A DNA stretch of 64,000 nucleotides, taken from Tubiluchus corallicola (Eukaryota; Animalia; Priapulida). The position numbers and the translations under genes were made by a program. Within the stretch, counting starts at the first letter, position 1; the number at the start of each line of letters is the position of its first letter. Below are positions 45,096-59,400 of this stretch, one piece after another. The notes below the pieces were generated by a model. The model saw nothing but the letters and a program-made list of their open reading frames with translations. It was not told the DNA's origin and did no database searches. The stretch is from contig JAQGDQ010000075.1 of the NCBI GenBank assembly GCA_030141605.1, positions 372,001-436,000 on the forward strand. The letters are read 5' to 3'.

Positions 45096-47858
45096 TACCA
45101 TGCAAACTAGCTAACACTAGAATTAAGGAAGTTTCCACACAAGGTTAATAAATAGCACAGCAATTTAGTTATTTTAGCATAAATATGCATTGTTTTTAAA
45201 TGGCACTATGACAACCTATAGTGAAAGTTTATGACTTTGTGTTTAGCCACATGGCATCACAAAAACTAAGAGAGGCAAAAAACAAGTGACTGAGTAATAT
45301 ACGCTTTTACATGGCATATGTAGGTCGAACACGACCCTCCACCTAAAATGGGAACAATATAAAGAAACATGTGACCATCCATATAAGCTGATAAAAAGAG
45401 ATCTTTGGAACTTACAGCAAGCAGAAACACTGTCTTTCACACAGAGTTGCTTTTACATGACAAGGCATACATATCCATAATGTATATCAGAAGTTTGCAA
45501 AACAATGTCTCCGAGTATTGCTTGGATCAACGCTGATTGAATAACAGAGAGAAATTGTAAACTAATTTCTATCCTGTGGAGAATTTATGCAGAAAAATCA
45601 TAGCCATGTAAAAGAATGCAGTTCAAACTTACAAAATATTATGATGTAAAATTCTGATGCTTCTTTCAGTTGTAACTCACAAGTGCATTTCTGAGAACTT
45701 TAACCAACTTTTGCTGGCAATTCAAAATTCTGTTGATACCATTTCGGTTACAAGCGGTGGCAAAAGCACGCCTACTATATACTATAGTACCATTTTTTAT
45801 CACTATGCAATAGCGCAGAAGCCCAATAATTTCCTAAAGCATAGCAGAGGCATCTATAAAAGGATTTTATTTTCTAATTATACTTTTAATGAATTTAATT
45901 CGTAAAAAACACGATTTCACAAACGTATAGTTAATACAATGCTTTTACACCGAGAGACTGGCAGGAATTGTTGCTGCGTTGCAAAACTGTGTAACATATT
46001 AAGCCCGCCATCTGCAGGCTGGATGTGGAAATTTTACTTATTATCTTATCTGACCTGGGCTCGCGTCAGCGCGTGAACGTATGATAGCAATGTGTTGTAA
46101 CAACTAAGTTGAACTAACCGCCGAAATTAATTTCTAGAGGCCACATAGAGAGACGCGCAAGTTCTCATTTCCGCCTATCACGTGCTCATACCTTGCCAGT
46201 ACAAACTGCAATGCGATAAGAAATAACTATAAAAATAAAAGGAATAATAAAATTAATAATTATGAGTTATATTATTATTAATTAGAAAAAGTAAATATAA
46301 TAACATGAGGTATGCTTATGTTTTGTACCTTGCAGACTAAAAAGAATTAAGGCTTTTGTTGGCGAGTTAGAAGAGTCAAATAACGCACGTGAGGTGGGGA
46401 GATGGGTGATTCTGGTTAAAGGCACAATAGGATACACAGAAAAATGTTAAAGTAATCAGTAGTAAGTAATTTTGCTTGAACACTAGAGATTTGTAAACAG
46501 CTTTAGACATCACACTAGAATTTGAGTTTGGAAATCAAAATTCTGTCTGCAAGTTGAACTGAATTTTGTTTGAAGTTCAAAACTGTGGACTGTAAGGATT
46601 AAAGTTGCTCAAGTCAAAGGGAATTGATGTTTGGCAGAAAGTGCTGCCAGCATTGCAAAAAGGTCCTGCAAAAAATAGCCAAACAAAATTTAAAAAAAGA
46701 CATCTTGTAACAAAAATCTAACGTGAAAATGTAACTCTAGTCAGATTCTCATACCTGTTTCCGTCTGTGTTGTTAAAGTTTAATATAATATAATATTTAG
46801 TATTTAAGATATATAATAATATTTAATATAATGTAGTAAATTGGGAAGCTAGCGAAAGGCTACCGACTCTTATTATCGGCTCTTACTATCAGTGAGATGT
46901 CAGTTGTCGCATTCGTTCAACGTTTTCTTTCTATTCTCCTTGTCGTCCAGTAAAAGTCCATTACCATGATCATTGAACTTTGACTTCATCGCTGTATTGT
47001 CTCATGGTTAACTCGATGACTAATGTAGACCTAAACAACTAGAAATGCCATCTTATGGCGTTAAATAAGATACGAGAAATTTTAATCCTGCGACGTTGTT
47101 TTTGCGACAGAGGAAGCCGATATGGCCTTGTGAAACTTAGACGAAATCATGGTGTTGACACCAGTGATTTGAGGTGTGATTTTAGCCGCCTGAACGCCTC
47201 CAAATTCAGCATAAAGGTTACAATAGGCCTGATAATCAGCTGTGTTACAGCAAAGGCAAATATCTTATATCCAAAATTTATAAGAATTTATTTATTTGGT
47301 GTCATATACAATCACGTATACGTGGTAACAGTACAATAATAAAACAGAAATTACAAAGTAGAGCTATTATATGAGTGTGCTACTTTAACAGCAAAACTAA
47401 CGTCACCAGATTTTTGTTTTTCTGCATAATTTTTTAAAAACTTCCAAAAATCTTCAAAAGTGATAAAACACAACATTGGAAAAATTGCTGGAAACCTCTT
47501 GTGATAGTTCCAAAATGCGGGTGGTTTGGCCGTTTCGAAAGTAACCGCATGCTATTCTCTGCAACATGGTTCCAATGAAGCCAGGAAGTACAACTCGCCC
47601 ACATTGGCGCTTGCGCAGCTTATTCTGATACACGACTCTGCTAAGCGGGTAACTTAGTTTCAATTTATGGAATAATAAAAAGCGTGTCGCATCGTTATCA
47701 CACGTCACAAAGCAGTAAAGGTCGGAGATGTAACAATTTTCTTATTATGTGACAGTACCCTCAGTTACAGCGTTGCTATGCGATAAAAGTAAACTCATTA
47801 AGATATTGCTGTGAGTTACACGGAGGTAGAAGAACCTCCTTGGAGGTGAAAAAAAAAC

Positions 47859-48029
47859 ATGACCAAGGTGGTATCATGCATCCAGATGTTAGTTTTGAGT
47901 TTTCTCCTAGTCGTTTCATCAGTGGGAGGAAGACAACATTACACAAACGAGTGGGTGGTTCATGTACCCGGTGGTAGCAATATGGCGGATCTTATCGCTC
48001 AGGAAGGCGGTTATGTCAACAAAGGCAAG
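47859..48029 (+). CDS. First coding exon of a subtilisin-like proprotein convertase (PC1/3-like): signal peptide and start of the S8 pro-domain; remainder not found in window
   Basis: Hydrophobic signal peptide followed by HYTNEWVVHVPGGSNMADLIAQEGGYVNKGK|GTAAAT. This resembles recalled PC1/3 [30 protein letters not shown] and furin FTNTWAVRIPGG. Phase-0 donor. Confidence 0.85.
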
Positions 48030-48237
48030 GTAAATAGCTACGTATGCAGTTCAGTGAAATATTTAAACTATATTAAAATGAGCATAATGTATGTTTTGTG
48101 TGGTCTTATTTGCCCACTTCGACCTGTGTGTGTGCTTCGTAGATTAAAAAATTGTATGGTTGAAAGTAGTCTAGCTAAACATTAGACTATGATCTGAATC
48201 AGCTTGCCGAATTTTTGGGTCATATAGTCAATGTTAT

Positions 48238-48336
48238 TACCACCGCCACCGCCACCGCCACCACCACCACTACCACTACCACCTCCATCACCACCATCAC
48301 CACCATCACAGTCATCATCATCATCATCATCATCAT
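48238..48336. repeat. (CAC)n/(CAT)n compound microsatellite
   Basis: Directly visible. Confidence 0.95.
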
Positions 48337-51300
48337 TGATTCAGATATTCATCAGCTAGTGATGAGTGCTCTCCAAACAGAACTCAAAAGTGACAATCAC
48401 GATACGGGCATCATGAAAAGTGTTTATGATGTCAGTTATACGTCACGCACACACGCGTGGCCAACCTCCTTTGCTGAGCCTCCCTGCTTTGAATGCGATT
48501 AAGCAAACTATAAAATTTCCGCTTGCTGATAACCGATTCAAAGTCCATTATTATTATACTAAACCTATTTGCAAGCATAAACGTTATGCCAATATTGTAG
48601 AAATTGCTGCTAATGATATTACATGCAAGTAAGTGAAATTCAGTTAAAGCACTGTAGTTACACAGGAGCTTGTTATAAATAATAAATTGGCAAATGTGAA
48701 TAATTTCTGGAATATGAAATCACCTGGTCTGCAAAGCTTCCGCTTTCATCCTCAATGTGAATTCGTTTTTAGTTACAAAGCACAGTGCTCTGTTAAAATA
48801 ACTTGCAATCTGCTGCTTTCGTTGTACCGAAAATCTACAAGCAGTAAGTAGAAAAGTACTAGCGGTAGGTATTAGGCCAAAAATGGCAGAAATAATGCAT
48901 CCGGTCATCGGCCGTCAATTTAAGCACAAATATCGGTTAAATTGGCTTTGGCTGTGCGTTAAAAGAGTTTTCATTTTCATCAATTTGCGTAGCCATATAA
49001 GGCAAGAAAATGTACAAGGTCAACTTCTGTTTAAAAACGACTTTTCAAATCCAGGCGTACAAATTAGAAATGTTTTTGTAGTAGGCAAAGCTGAATCAGT
49101 ATGTTTTGATCAGTATACTGATCAGTATAATACTTATTTGGCTTCAAGTTGGCTTATCAACTTTGCCGTTGGCACATCATAGCATGTAAACCACGGTTTA
49201 CGAAGATATTGCTAAAACTTCATTACAGGTGTATTTCTTCGTGTTTCTAACCTACATTGAATCTACACGTACAAATTCTAGCCTACAAGATTGTCGTTTA
49301 TAATAATAACTCACAAGAAAATTACAACCATAAACTAACAAAAAAACGGATTTTCAGCGCAAAATTTTGCGCTTTGAAGATTCTGTCATGCCATTAAAGT
49401 TTGAAGATGTGACAGCTAGGCTGATGTAATATTAAACTTCAGCAAATATCAGGAAATCTACCAAGAATTTAAAGCTAGATGCATGCAGTTCATTATGTAT
49501 ACATATAATACACAAGTCTTATCTATCGTTGCATTGCCAAAATGTGCAATAAAACAAAATTGCTTATTCGGTGATTACTTTTGAGTTAATTCTTGCTTCC
49601 TCTTTATTGACTTTTATTTATGTGGGTGCAGCAAGGTGCACGTTCATGCAGTATCAAAGTTCTTCACATCTAGAATTTGTCAAAAGGATGTTCTGTCTGA
49701 ATAAATGAATTTAAGGGCGTTCTTTTGAATTGTCGTGACATTCTAATCGATTCCAGCTATTTTCGTTTCGTGGGGTTTCTAGGTATCTGGGATAAGGGTG
49801 GGACAAAACTGATATAATCGTAAATGTTTTTATGTTCTTATTCTTGTTCAAATCATCCTTAATTTCTTTTAGTAATGAAGCCATTGAGTAAAGTGGAGCA
49901 CTAATTTTTACTTAAATCACTCATAATGATTGAAACTTAATCCTGTGAATGCAGAGTAGAATCATTTGTTTAATAAAACAACAGTAATATACGATAACAA
50001 GGCAATCATAAGATAATATAATACAAGTTAAAAGTAACGGGTAAATTGTGTTAGAGCTGAACGTGTGCTGGGCGTGTGTGTGTGTCCCGGAATTTACAGA
50101 CGCGTATATTCTTATATACTACGTGATGTAAGAATCAGAACATGCATAAGAATAAGCTCGGCACATCGCCAGTTGGAATGGCATTAATTTTGAGTGGTTG
50201 TGGCGGGATGGGAAGCCAGCTAACTTATTAAGTCTTTTCCTTTAAGGTGCAACACTGTAGCAGAAGAGCACTACTGCAGTGTCTTGGCCACCTTTTTCAA
50301 TGAGGAAATTTTTTCCCAATACCCGGGTTTTACAAGCCAGTATGGAAGTTCTTTAACCGTTTTAATCAAGCACGCACTGTGGCCACTCGGCTGTTCTTTT
50401 TAACCCAAGTCACCCCAAATGTGACGCAATACAAGACGTGAGCCCGTAGCAGGGTTAAAAGCAATTTGGAGGTAGTTAGAGTTGGAAATTTGGCCAGAAA
50501 TGTGAAAATTGCATTTTGTAAGTTGTGGCATAACACCTGAAATCTAGCTTTGAGACTCTACTTGGAATTGAGACGGTTACAGATATCGAATAGAAATTAT
50601 AATTAAGCGGATGTCGCAAAACTGCCATCTCGACGTTCGTCAAAAGAGGCTTTTCTTGATTTCTTGTGTTTATTTAATATTTAAACCAATATCACCGCAA
50701 TTATATTTTTTATGTAGTTAACCATCCGCCCTCTTATTTAACAAAATGGTTTACAAAGTAGTTTTTGAAAAAAGAAACTCATGTATATACGTACATATGT
50801 AAACAGACATGTAAATAAGTAATTTTTGCAAATGTATGAGCCGGAGACACCTAATATCTTTTGCAGCACTTCTCTTAGCCTGAATTTTGTCAAATAATCG
50901 AAATTGTAAGGAGAAATTTAGACCGAAAGTCATCAGCGTGTAATGCGTTGCAAATTTAATGGAAAAGACTGTAGAAATATGAGCGCTAAGGGTTAGTTAT
51001 CCAGTCCCAGGAAGCAAAAAATTTAATAGCAAAATTTTCGTTTGTAAATTGGGAACCATAATTAGAAGATGTGCTCTAAAAGTTCCCACGAGCGACAAAA
51101 TACTGGTCAGAAAAGTTATTGTTGTCCCACGAGATAACAATTTAATTCAATGTTAATACGTTTCATTTAGCAAGTGAATTTTACTTGCTTTTTTAATGAG
51201 AAATCGCAATTTTGGGTATTGAGCACTTATTTGCTGGTTTGCACAGTTCTTTGCTGGTAAGCTTTTATTAGTTTTTTCATTTATGTATCTGTTTATTGAT

Positions 51301-52792
51301 GTACACCCGCCGCCCGTTTCTCCCCCTCCTGCTTTTCATATTTTCATTTATTATTCGCTTTTAAGACGTAATAGGTGTTGTGTCTGCAAACACTATTTAC
51401 ACAAGAAAAACAGATTACAACCTCCCTTACCTAAGTAACAAACGTAGGCAACAACCCGCATTATTATACGCGCGCTTATTACAATTGCATTACGAATAAA
51501 TTAATTTATGCTGTACGACTTCGCTATCACTATCCGGTGAAGCTCTGGTTGTTCGTTCGCGTGTCACTATAAACCCCTGTGTGCAGTGAAATGTTTATAT
51601 TCGTCACAGTTTAACCATACTTCGCAGTAAATTACAAGCAAGCGTTAATAACAGGTTAGATAGTATCAGCTTAACAATATATGGAACTGACATTTGCCAG
51701 CTAGCATTATATAGCAATTAAATTGTACTTATAAGGAATAACTTGAACCGACAGTTTGCCGAAACTGACTGACAGAATCAATACTAGACCGTATGTATAG
51801 GATAACCCAGAACGTGCTGCGATTTGCAGATGGGTTGTAACTAGGTGAGCAATATATATGGCGGCTAGGGGACCCTGTCTAATGAAAGGCATGTAAAATG
51901 GCAAGCACAAAGAAAATGAAAACGAAATGAACAATAACAGCGACGGTATCTTCAAGACAACACCACATATCACGTATAGTTGAAATCTAGGCACTTAGGC
52001 AGAAATGTTGTTGATGTGAGGATTCGTCATTTATAAAGCTTCCCCACCTCCATTAATTATGTGCGCAGGAGCAGCTTTACTTTTACAGCTTACATCAGAG
52101 TACAAGTCATTATAATAAGGCCAAGGATTTGACAAGGCAACATACAAGATGCAGACTGGTATAAAACCAAAATGCCAGAAGACTGAAATAAATTACTCAT
52201 AGATCATCAGCCACCTGAATCAGATGCGCTGAATCCCTCTAATGTCTTTAGTGAAAGTATATGTGGACGAATGAGTTTAAGAACGATGAAAAATGTAGCT
52301 GGCATTGCATGACATTAACGTTTGTGTAAGTTGGTTTTCTGTAGTGACAGCAGATGCGTACAAGTACTGTAGCATGGTATAATCAAAACCTAAAGTAAGC
52401 TCATGTTCGAATTTACTTAGAAATCTGTTATTTGTTTTGTTCTCGCATCCATTTTCTTGCGTTGTTTTAAATGACCGTACTAGAAGCCATGTTCCTGGTC
52501 GAAAGGGCTAAATTCAAGTTTGACTGGTTATGACCGTTAGGCACTTGCGTTACAAATTTGCTACTAAGTATATTTAATACGAATATGTGAATATGCCATA
52601 TTTTAATATCTGTTAATATATTTTAATATTTTAATACGCTTCAGTATTGTTTAACTAAGTGAAATGGCAAGGAAAAGAGCACTAGTTCGCTTCGCCCGTT
52701 TTAAATGCATGCGAGGTCTTCGGTAATGTAGCTTAAAAGGAAGATGTGTACTATTGTTCATGTGAAAAAGCCTATTTATTCTAAGTAAGAAA

Positions 52793-53820
52793 TAGGTAAA
52801 ATGGCCTAATGTCAGACAAAATGGCTTTTTTCAGGTTTCTATCTATATTTTTACAATTTTCGTGGAAAGATGCCTGATAAACTAAAGCCATGCTGCTATG
52901 GAACCAGGAAGTACAGAAAGGGGGGTAGTTGCATAAAATGTAAAGTGCTGTGATAATTTTAATTTTAAAAATGCTTTGCTACGTCTTTTCAGAAATGGGG
53001 TAATGTCGGACATTTGCCAGGGTAACGTCGAAACGTAATTAATAAAATGCTTTTAAATCGTTTACAAATAGTGTGTAGATCGAGTGTGATCAGTGATGAC
53101 ATGAGAGAAATGTTCTAGAATAGAATATGGAAGCGGTAACGCCCTCACAAACATTTTCTATGTGTTGTACATTAGTGAAAAATGTGCATTAATAGCAGAC
53201 TGCACTTAATCATAGCTCCACTGCTGAAGTTCTTCTCTTATTCTTTAAGTTTTTTTACATTTACAGCATTTTTATCAGCCGTTTCGATAACGTTTTCTCC
53301 CCATGTTTCTAAAACGATTAAAACCATATTATTTTTACATTTTGGTTCAAACGGTCAAAAAAATCAATGTTATTTACCTACACAAACAATTAATTCCTGC
53401 GAAAAGTCGGCCGCAAAATTTCTATTGTCCGACATTAGCCTAGGCCTTCGGATAAAGTCGGACACTGCTGCAGTGAGCTGTATAATAAACAAACAAATAT
53501 TGCGCTTGAAAAGTGTGGCATGAAAGTATCAGGGCTGAAGTAACTTACACAATAAACCATTTCTGAAGAGGCTGCTGTAAATTATTAATGCGCTAGGTCT
53601 GTCTATCAGCAAATTAAAAAAAGGTTAACATAGTTAAGGATAAACGTACTCGCGGAGCGAGCATGTATGTTCACGACCATAGGGTTGGTTAGAAGAGAAG
53701 CTGCTAGGCAATGGTGAAGATGCGTCTGAAGATAAGATGTGACAGTATTAACGTCCAGGTAATTTAATGGGTTTTGGGAAAACCAAAACTTATTGTCCGA
53801 CATTATTCCATTTTGCCCTA
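52793..53820. mobile_element. TA-flanked non-autonomous DNA transposon (~1 kb) with repeated TAATGTCGGACA motifs
   Basis: Left end TAGGTAAAATGGCCTAATGTCAGACAA, right end reverse-complemented TAGGGCAAAATGGAATAATGTCGGACAA. Internal motif copies at ~53001 (+) and ~53426 (-). Confidence 0.7.
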
Positions 53821-54223
53821 CTTGCAGACAAAAATAGAATAAAAGGAAAATGTTTTCATTTTTTCAAACGTAAATACGTAATTCGGATTCGAATTTAATT
53901 TCGATCACCCAGTTTTTGTCGTTTGCAAGTGGACTGTTTTAGTAGTGATGAGAAAAGTAAATTGGCGTGGTAACCTTTTTTGCTGAACGTATTTCCTGCT
54001 TACGCATTTTAATAATCATTGCCATTATTGCTGCCAGCCTTTTAGTTTCCTCAAAATTAATGAGAAATTACAGCAATAAAAGGACGTAAATAATCGAAAA
54101 TGACATGGAGAAAATGGCTTGTTACAGGAATAATGATGACTTTGTGTACAGAGAAAAGAAAAATCGGAAAGAGGGTGACTCGAACATGAAACAGCTTTTG
54201 ATTTACAATATGTGGGAAAGACT

Positions 54224-54265
54224 CCCTAACCTGAACCTTAACCCTAACCCTAACCCTAACCTTAA
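54224..54265. repeat. Short interstitial telomere-like (CCCTAA)n tract
   Basis: ccctaa cctgaa ccttaa ccctaa ccctaa ccctaa ccttaa. Confidence 0.9.
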
Positions 54266-54465
54266 AGTGGCGTTTATGTAGCATGTCGATGCGTTTTCCA
54301 CTTGCGGAACAGCCTGCGGAAAAAAGTCAATAGGAAATAACTGCAGAAAAAGAATGACGCATACGCAGGCTGCGTAAACGGGTGCATTGAAAACAATATA
54401 AACCGGTCTTATCTATTCCGCACCCCCAATACGCACTCGCATCTGGATGCTTCGTAAACGCCGCT
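54266..54465. mobile_element. PIF/Harbinger-like MITE (200 bp)
   Basis: TIR AGTGGCGTTTATGTAGCAT versus reverse-complemented AGCGGCGTTTACGAAGCAT (16/19). TAA on both flanks (54263-54265 and 54466-54468). Confidence 0.75.
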
Positions 54466-55311
54466 TAATCTGCTTTACGAACTAATTTCTTGTGTGTATG
54501 GAATTGTAAGCTTTAGCCAATATGTGTTATTCACTTGTGTGCAGCAAACTAGAGTGTATAGCAAACAGGGCTTGATTCAAAAGACAAAACACTTTATTTC
54601 CCTAAAAACAATAGTTTTGGCCTTAACCGACAAATGTGGAAAAGATCATGTTGCTATAAGGCTATAAGTTTGGCATCTTTTTCAGTAAGCAAGTTTCAAG
54701 TATTAGTATCAAGTTTCTGTATCAGTATTATCGTCAATATATAATATATTGTATGTTGCTGTTGCTGTTGCTGCTGCTGATGTTATTCTTTTTACTCTTC
54801 TGTTTGAGTTGATATTGTACCGTCGTTGTTTTTGTGTTTGTTGTAGTCGTCATCAGCAGCATTGTCATAAACGCCATTGTTCAAATTCTACAGTCTGTTT
54901 ATTACCTCAGATTTTGTTGTTGCTATGGCTAATGCTCATGCGCATGTTGCAATTCAGTATTACTTGTTGAACTTCGACAAGTATAATGCCTTTAAAAATG
55001 TATGCTCTAGTCCTTACAACTGTGTGAATTTAAAGTCAAGAGAGACCAAGATATAATATTTTTTCTACTAGCTATGAAATTTTGTACACTAGGCCTAAAA
55101 TTATTTACAGTTGGTGGAATTTGCAATAGTTGTCTGCAGCACATTTTTACCAAACAGTACACATCATTCTTTGACAGCTGCGTCTCTAGGAAACGCATTA
55201 GTGCACTCTACGTAACACACAGGAGACCAGTGACACTTTCTGCGGATCTTATTTTATAGATTATCCATTTAATATTTTATCTTTGCTACCAATTTAAGTG
55301 CAGTTTTTGCT

Positions 55312-56408
55312 TCCAAACGTCTTGCATTGCATTATAATCCGCGCATCGCATCGCTTCGCTTGAATGTGCAGTTGCTTCAATATGAAGCCGTTGATAAATT
55401 TATAGTAATAGCGATGGCAGTAGTTCTTTACATCAATTAGCGGTTTTACAATAAATTGTCACTTGCAGCTGTAGCAACGAAAACAATTGAACACTGTTGA
55501 TAACTGTTTAATAGGAACAATTATCATTTGTTAGAAACGTTTTGTTATTTTTTATGTGAAACCTGCTTACTCCAAGTCATTGAAAATCGACCAAACTTGT
55601 AAAAGTATGAAATGTTGGTGGCACACGTTCGACATAAGTTTGACAAACTTCTAACTGAGCCTTTGCTAAGAATCTAAAAACTTTTTTGATTGATTGGAAC
55701 AGTATATTGAAAATTGAGGCCAATTCCCCCTCGTTAGGAACAGAAAAGTCGAGGTGCAGGATTTTAGTTGAATATGCTTTTCACGATACTTAACAAAACA
55801 AATGCTTCAGCGATGGTCAAAGGCTTTAAACCATTGATTCTCTGGTGTTATGAATAAGGAAAAAATTACTAGTATGATTTGAATGACAATGTGGCACGTG
55901 TTATTCTAGTCTGTATAGTTAGTCGGACAGTTAGGTGACTAGTGTTGGTGACATGTCATTCAATTGCATCTGGTCATTTACATAGAATGTCAAGCCTTAA
56001 TAAGCCTCTAACGATTCGTATTTCTATACTTATTTTCATCAGTTAGGTGATACGTAGAGAAGTGATATGTAAATAATGATAAATTGGCCTAAGGCAAAGT
56101 TTGTTAGCCTTCGATTTTCTTTCCATAGAAACTCTGGCACCTCTAGAACTATGATATCCAATTACTTTTCAGCTTATTGATTGCGACAGACTTTTCTGAC
56201 TCATGTCAGTTGACATGTATGCAGTCAGTAACTTTGAGATACATCATTCTCCAATCTCCATGCCTACGCTTGCTGCAAGAGATATATGTAGGCCTTTACT
56301 GTAATTAATATAGTAGTATAGCAGTAGCAGCAGTAGTAGTCGTGGTAGTAATGGGCTATCCAAATGTCTTGCATTGCATTATAATCCGCGCATCGCTTCG
56401 CTTGAATG
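55312..56408 (+). repeat. Dispersed ~50-bp direct repeat pair (55312-55366 and 56359-56408)
   Basis: TCCAAA(C/T)GTCTTGCATTGCATTATAATCCGCGCATCGC[ATCGC]TTCGCTTGAATG is present twice. Confidence 0.9.
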
Positions 56409-59400
56409 AGGAGTCTCTAGCGCATTAGTTTCTCTTGTTACACTGCGGCCTACTTTTGAAGACTACGCCTTGCTTTTTGATGTGTATCTAGTGCCTACTC
56501 TCAGAGCTAATTAAGAAAATCCGAAGCTTCTACGCCTGCCTACGTTTCCACTCCAAGTACACTAAAACGTTTAATCAGGGAAGTCACAAAAGTGTAACAC
56601 GCCTCAGCCTTTCTGCTAAGTATGCGCCTGAATCAGAATGGCAAAGTGACTTAATTTGAACACATGCGGCACACCATCCACAAAGTTGTTATGGATGTGA
56701 AATTTCACATCCGTGTGTATATGAAATTCCATATGTACACAGCGAGGGTTTTGTTTTGTTTTGTTTGTTGTGTTATTACAGTTATTTACTCGTTTCTATT
56801 GAGCCGAATAACTTTTTGTGCAGTCACGATTCACAAAGGAAAACAGAGGGAAAATAATGACAGAAGGTGGCACAGAGGTTAAGCGAGGCAGGAAAACGAT
56901 AAAAGAGAGAAGAAGAAAGAAGAAAAGGTGTTCTGAAGTCGCGAGAAGGCCCAGACGAATGCTGTTGCGCTCGTTTTTCATGTTCGCGGTGCTTGCTTCG
57001 ATGAGCCGAAATAAATTTTTAAATAAATAAAAACAGAGTATCAAATTTTGAGCTTTGTATGAAAATCAACAAGTGGGCTTTGAGTATAGGTCATTAAATC
57101 CGAATAGGTCTAGGTTATATATTTGACTTGTATGGTATATGACGTTACATATTATAGCCAGGGAGGCAATTTATTGCAGTTGGATTGCAGTATGGCGCCT
57201 TGAAATTTCCCCCAAAAGCTTTAGAGTTTAGATACGTCTGAAAAGCATGATATGCTCTTTGATGTGTGGCAGGCTTGCTTTTTGATAAATGACAAACAGG
57301 CATTTTACGAACCTTTTATAATTTGCAGTGAACATAAAACCTAGCAAAGGTTGCATCGCGAATGCCTATGGGAAATTTCTTACGTGAACGTGAATATTGC
57401 GTGAATTATGTCATAGCATACTGTGACTTAGGCCTAACACGTAACATTCATTGTCTTGTTACGAACCCCATCAGTGGTGCCAAAAACCAGACGAGACTTA
57501 GTCGTGAGATTCGTGACATACATTTGTTCTACAGTAAGTTTTGGTTTATTGTAATTCTAGTTTCCATCGTCGTCTGAAGAGCGCGAGTTAGTAGATTAAT
57601 CAGGTAAATAATAGACATCATATTTTTATCAATGCGCGCAGTAATATACCACAAGATGTATAATATGATTATAGGTATGTAATTACATGTCTATATAATA
57701 ATCTTTATTTGCCATTAAAACACACTGATAATCATTGAAAACTTTTTTTAGAAGATGATCAGTCAGTGCTAGTTAAATATTGCAAGATGTAGTAACTAGA
57801 TGTGGCAAATAAAATCTTGTATTTGGAAGACAAATCACTCGTTTGTAATTGATTCTGCTTGGCTTCACCATTAGCAAATTGCATTATCATCAGTTCAGTT
57901 TTAGGGCTACACGTGGAGGCTAATATACCAGCATGATATTCAGTCAAATTAATCTGTGACTGCTGCCGCTGATACTTTACGGGCTCAGTGTTTTCACAAA
58001 AAGGCCTTTCGCAAGTTGTAAGTGCGCCTTATATACCTTTGCAAAAACATTCCACTCAAAGTATTTTGCCCGAAATGAGGGGCTGTGTGTGCATAAAAAG
58101 TAAAAGTCAACATTTTCAACAATTTTTAAATAGACTGTAATTTGATTTTCAATACATTATTGAAAATTTAATACCAATAAAAAAATCACGCCCGGAATCC
58201 TGAATTTTGTTTTTATTCGCCAATAAACAGATATTTCGCAGCCTATTGCGGGGCGCTTCCTCGGTGCAAATATTAGCCACATGCAACACTCTTCAAAATG
58301 AACAAATGAATAACCATAATAAATGTCCTCGCCATGATCAGTGTTGCTATTACAGAAATTGTAATGACCATTATATTTACGATATTGATGATAATGAAGT
58401 AAAAAAATAAATGACAAATGAACTGATGTAAGCATTTTGTAAAATATTGGCTGAATTTTTGTTAATACAGTAAACTAATCACCGTTAACGTGCCCAGAGT
58501 ATTACAAGTCTTTTTAATTGTCAACCAGAGAACTCTTGAATTTCGAGTCAATAAACTTTCGCATCTGGATGTTTCTTGAAAGTGCTGAGCAAGATCAGTT
58601 GCAGTCTTGCAGGTTCCCTCACATTCCTACATTCTACAATATAAAATACGTCTAGTTCTCCCAATGTGAGATTTTTCACGATCAGCACTGCTACTTTTCT
58701 TTTCTCAAGTAAAGTGGATTTTAATCGATCGGGATCTTGCAAATATAAACATAATTCTTTTTTTATAACATCTATGATTCCGTCTATAGTCTTTGTTTTA
58801 TTAGTTTTTTAATATGTCGTTCAAACTGTCAGACAGTTGTTGTGTTTATTGGCGTATATTATTTGCTAAGGTACTCAGGGCTGAAATCTTGAATACCCTA
58901 GACACTTTTCATGCACCATGAAGTAAGAGCTAAATGACCACGTGTACAATAGACCATAACACTCCTGTTCACTCTGGTTTTAATGAAATCCGGTCACGCA
59001 GTCAGACAGTAATTGCTCCCCGGTTGGAGACCAATAAATGAAGCCAAATTTGAAACTAAATTTGATGCAACATTTTGCCGTTGCGATAGAGACGATTGCA
59101 TTATTATCACGGTCACACGCTGCTTCAATATAGGGGAAACCTGCAACTGGACTTGCTGATTTGGTTAGAGGCAACATTAGTGTTGGTTTAGTTGGTTGCT
59201 GAATCCGTTTAGTTATTTAATTCTAAGTTCACGATTTCATACTAAGCTTGATGATAAGGTTGTCGACCTTTACAGTGCAGTATATATTGTACACACAGAC
59301 GTGCCACTTGCGTGGTGACTTCATCAGTTACCTTGTGTTAGAGAAATTCTTAGGAAATATTCTTTGCAGTCTCAATGCTGATGGGCATTCTTAAGCGCAC

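Noticed and set aside
50400-50458. TTAACCC...GGGTTAA mini piggyBac-like segment
   Set aside because: The inverted match does not extend beyond 3 bp inside the TTAA.
56818-57030. Arg/Lys-rich ORF
   Set aside because: It is the translation of a GA-rich low-complexity tract, with no splice or homology support.
58980-59177. VAGFPYIEAACD resembling the Harbinger transposase AGFP-x-VIG-x-ID motif
   Set aside because: Only a short motif with no further catalytic residues, so probably chance.
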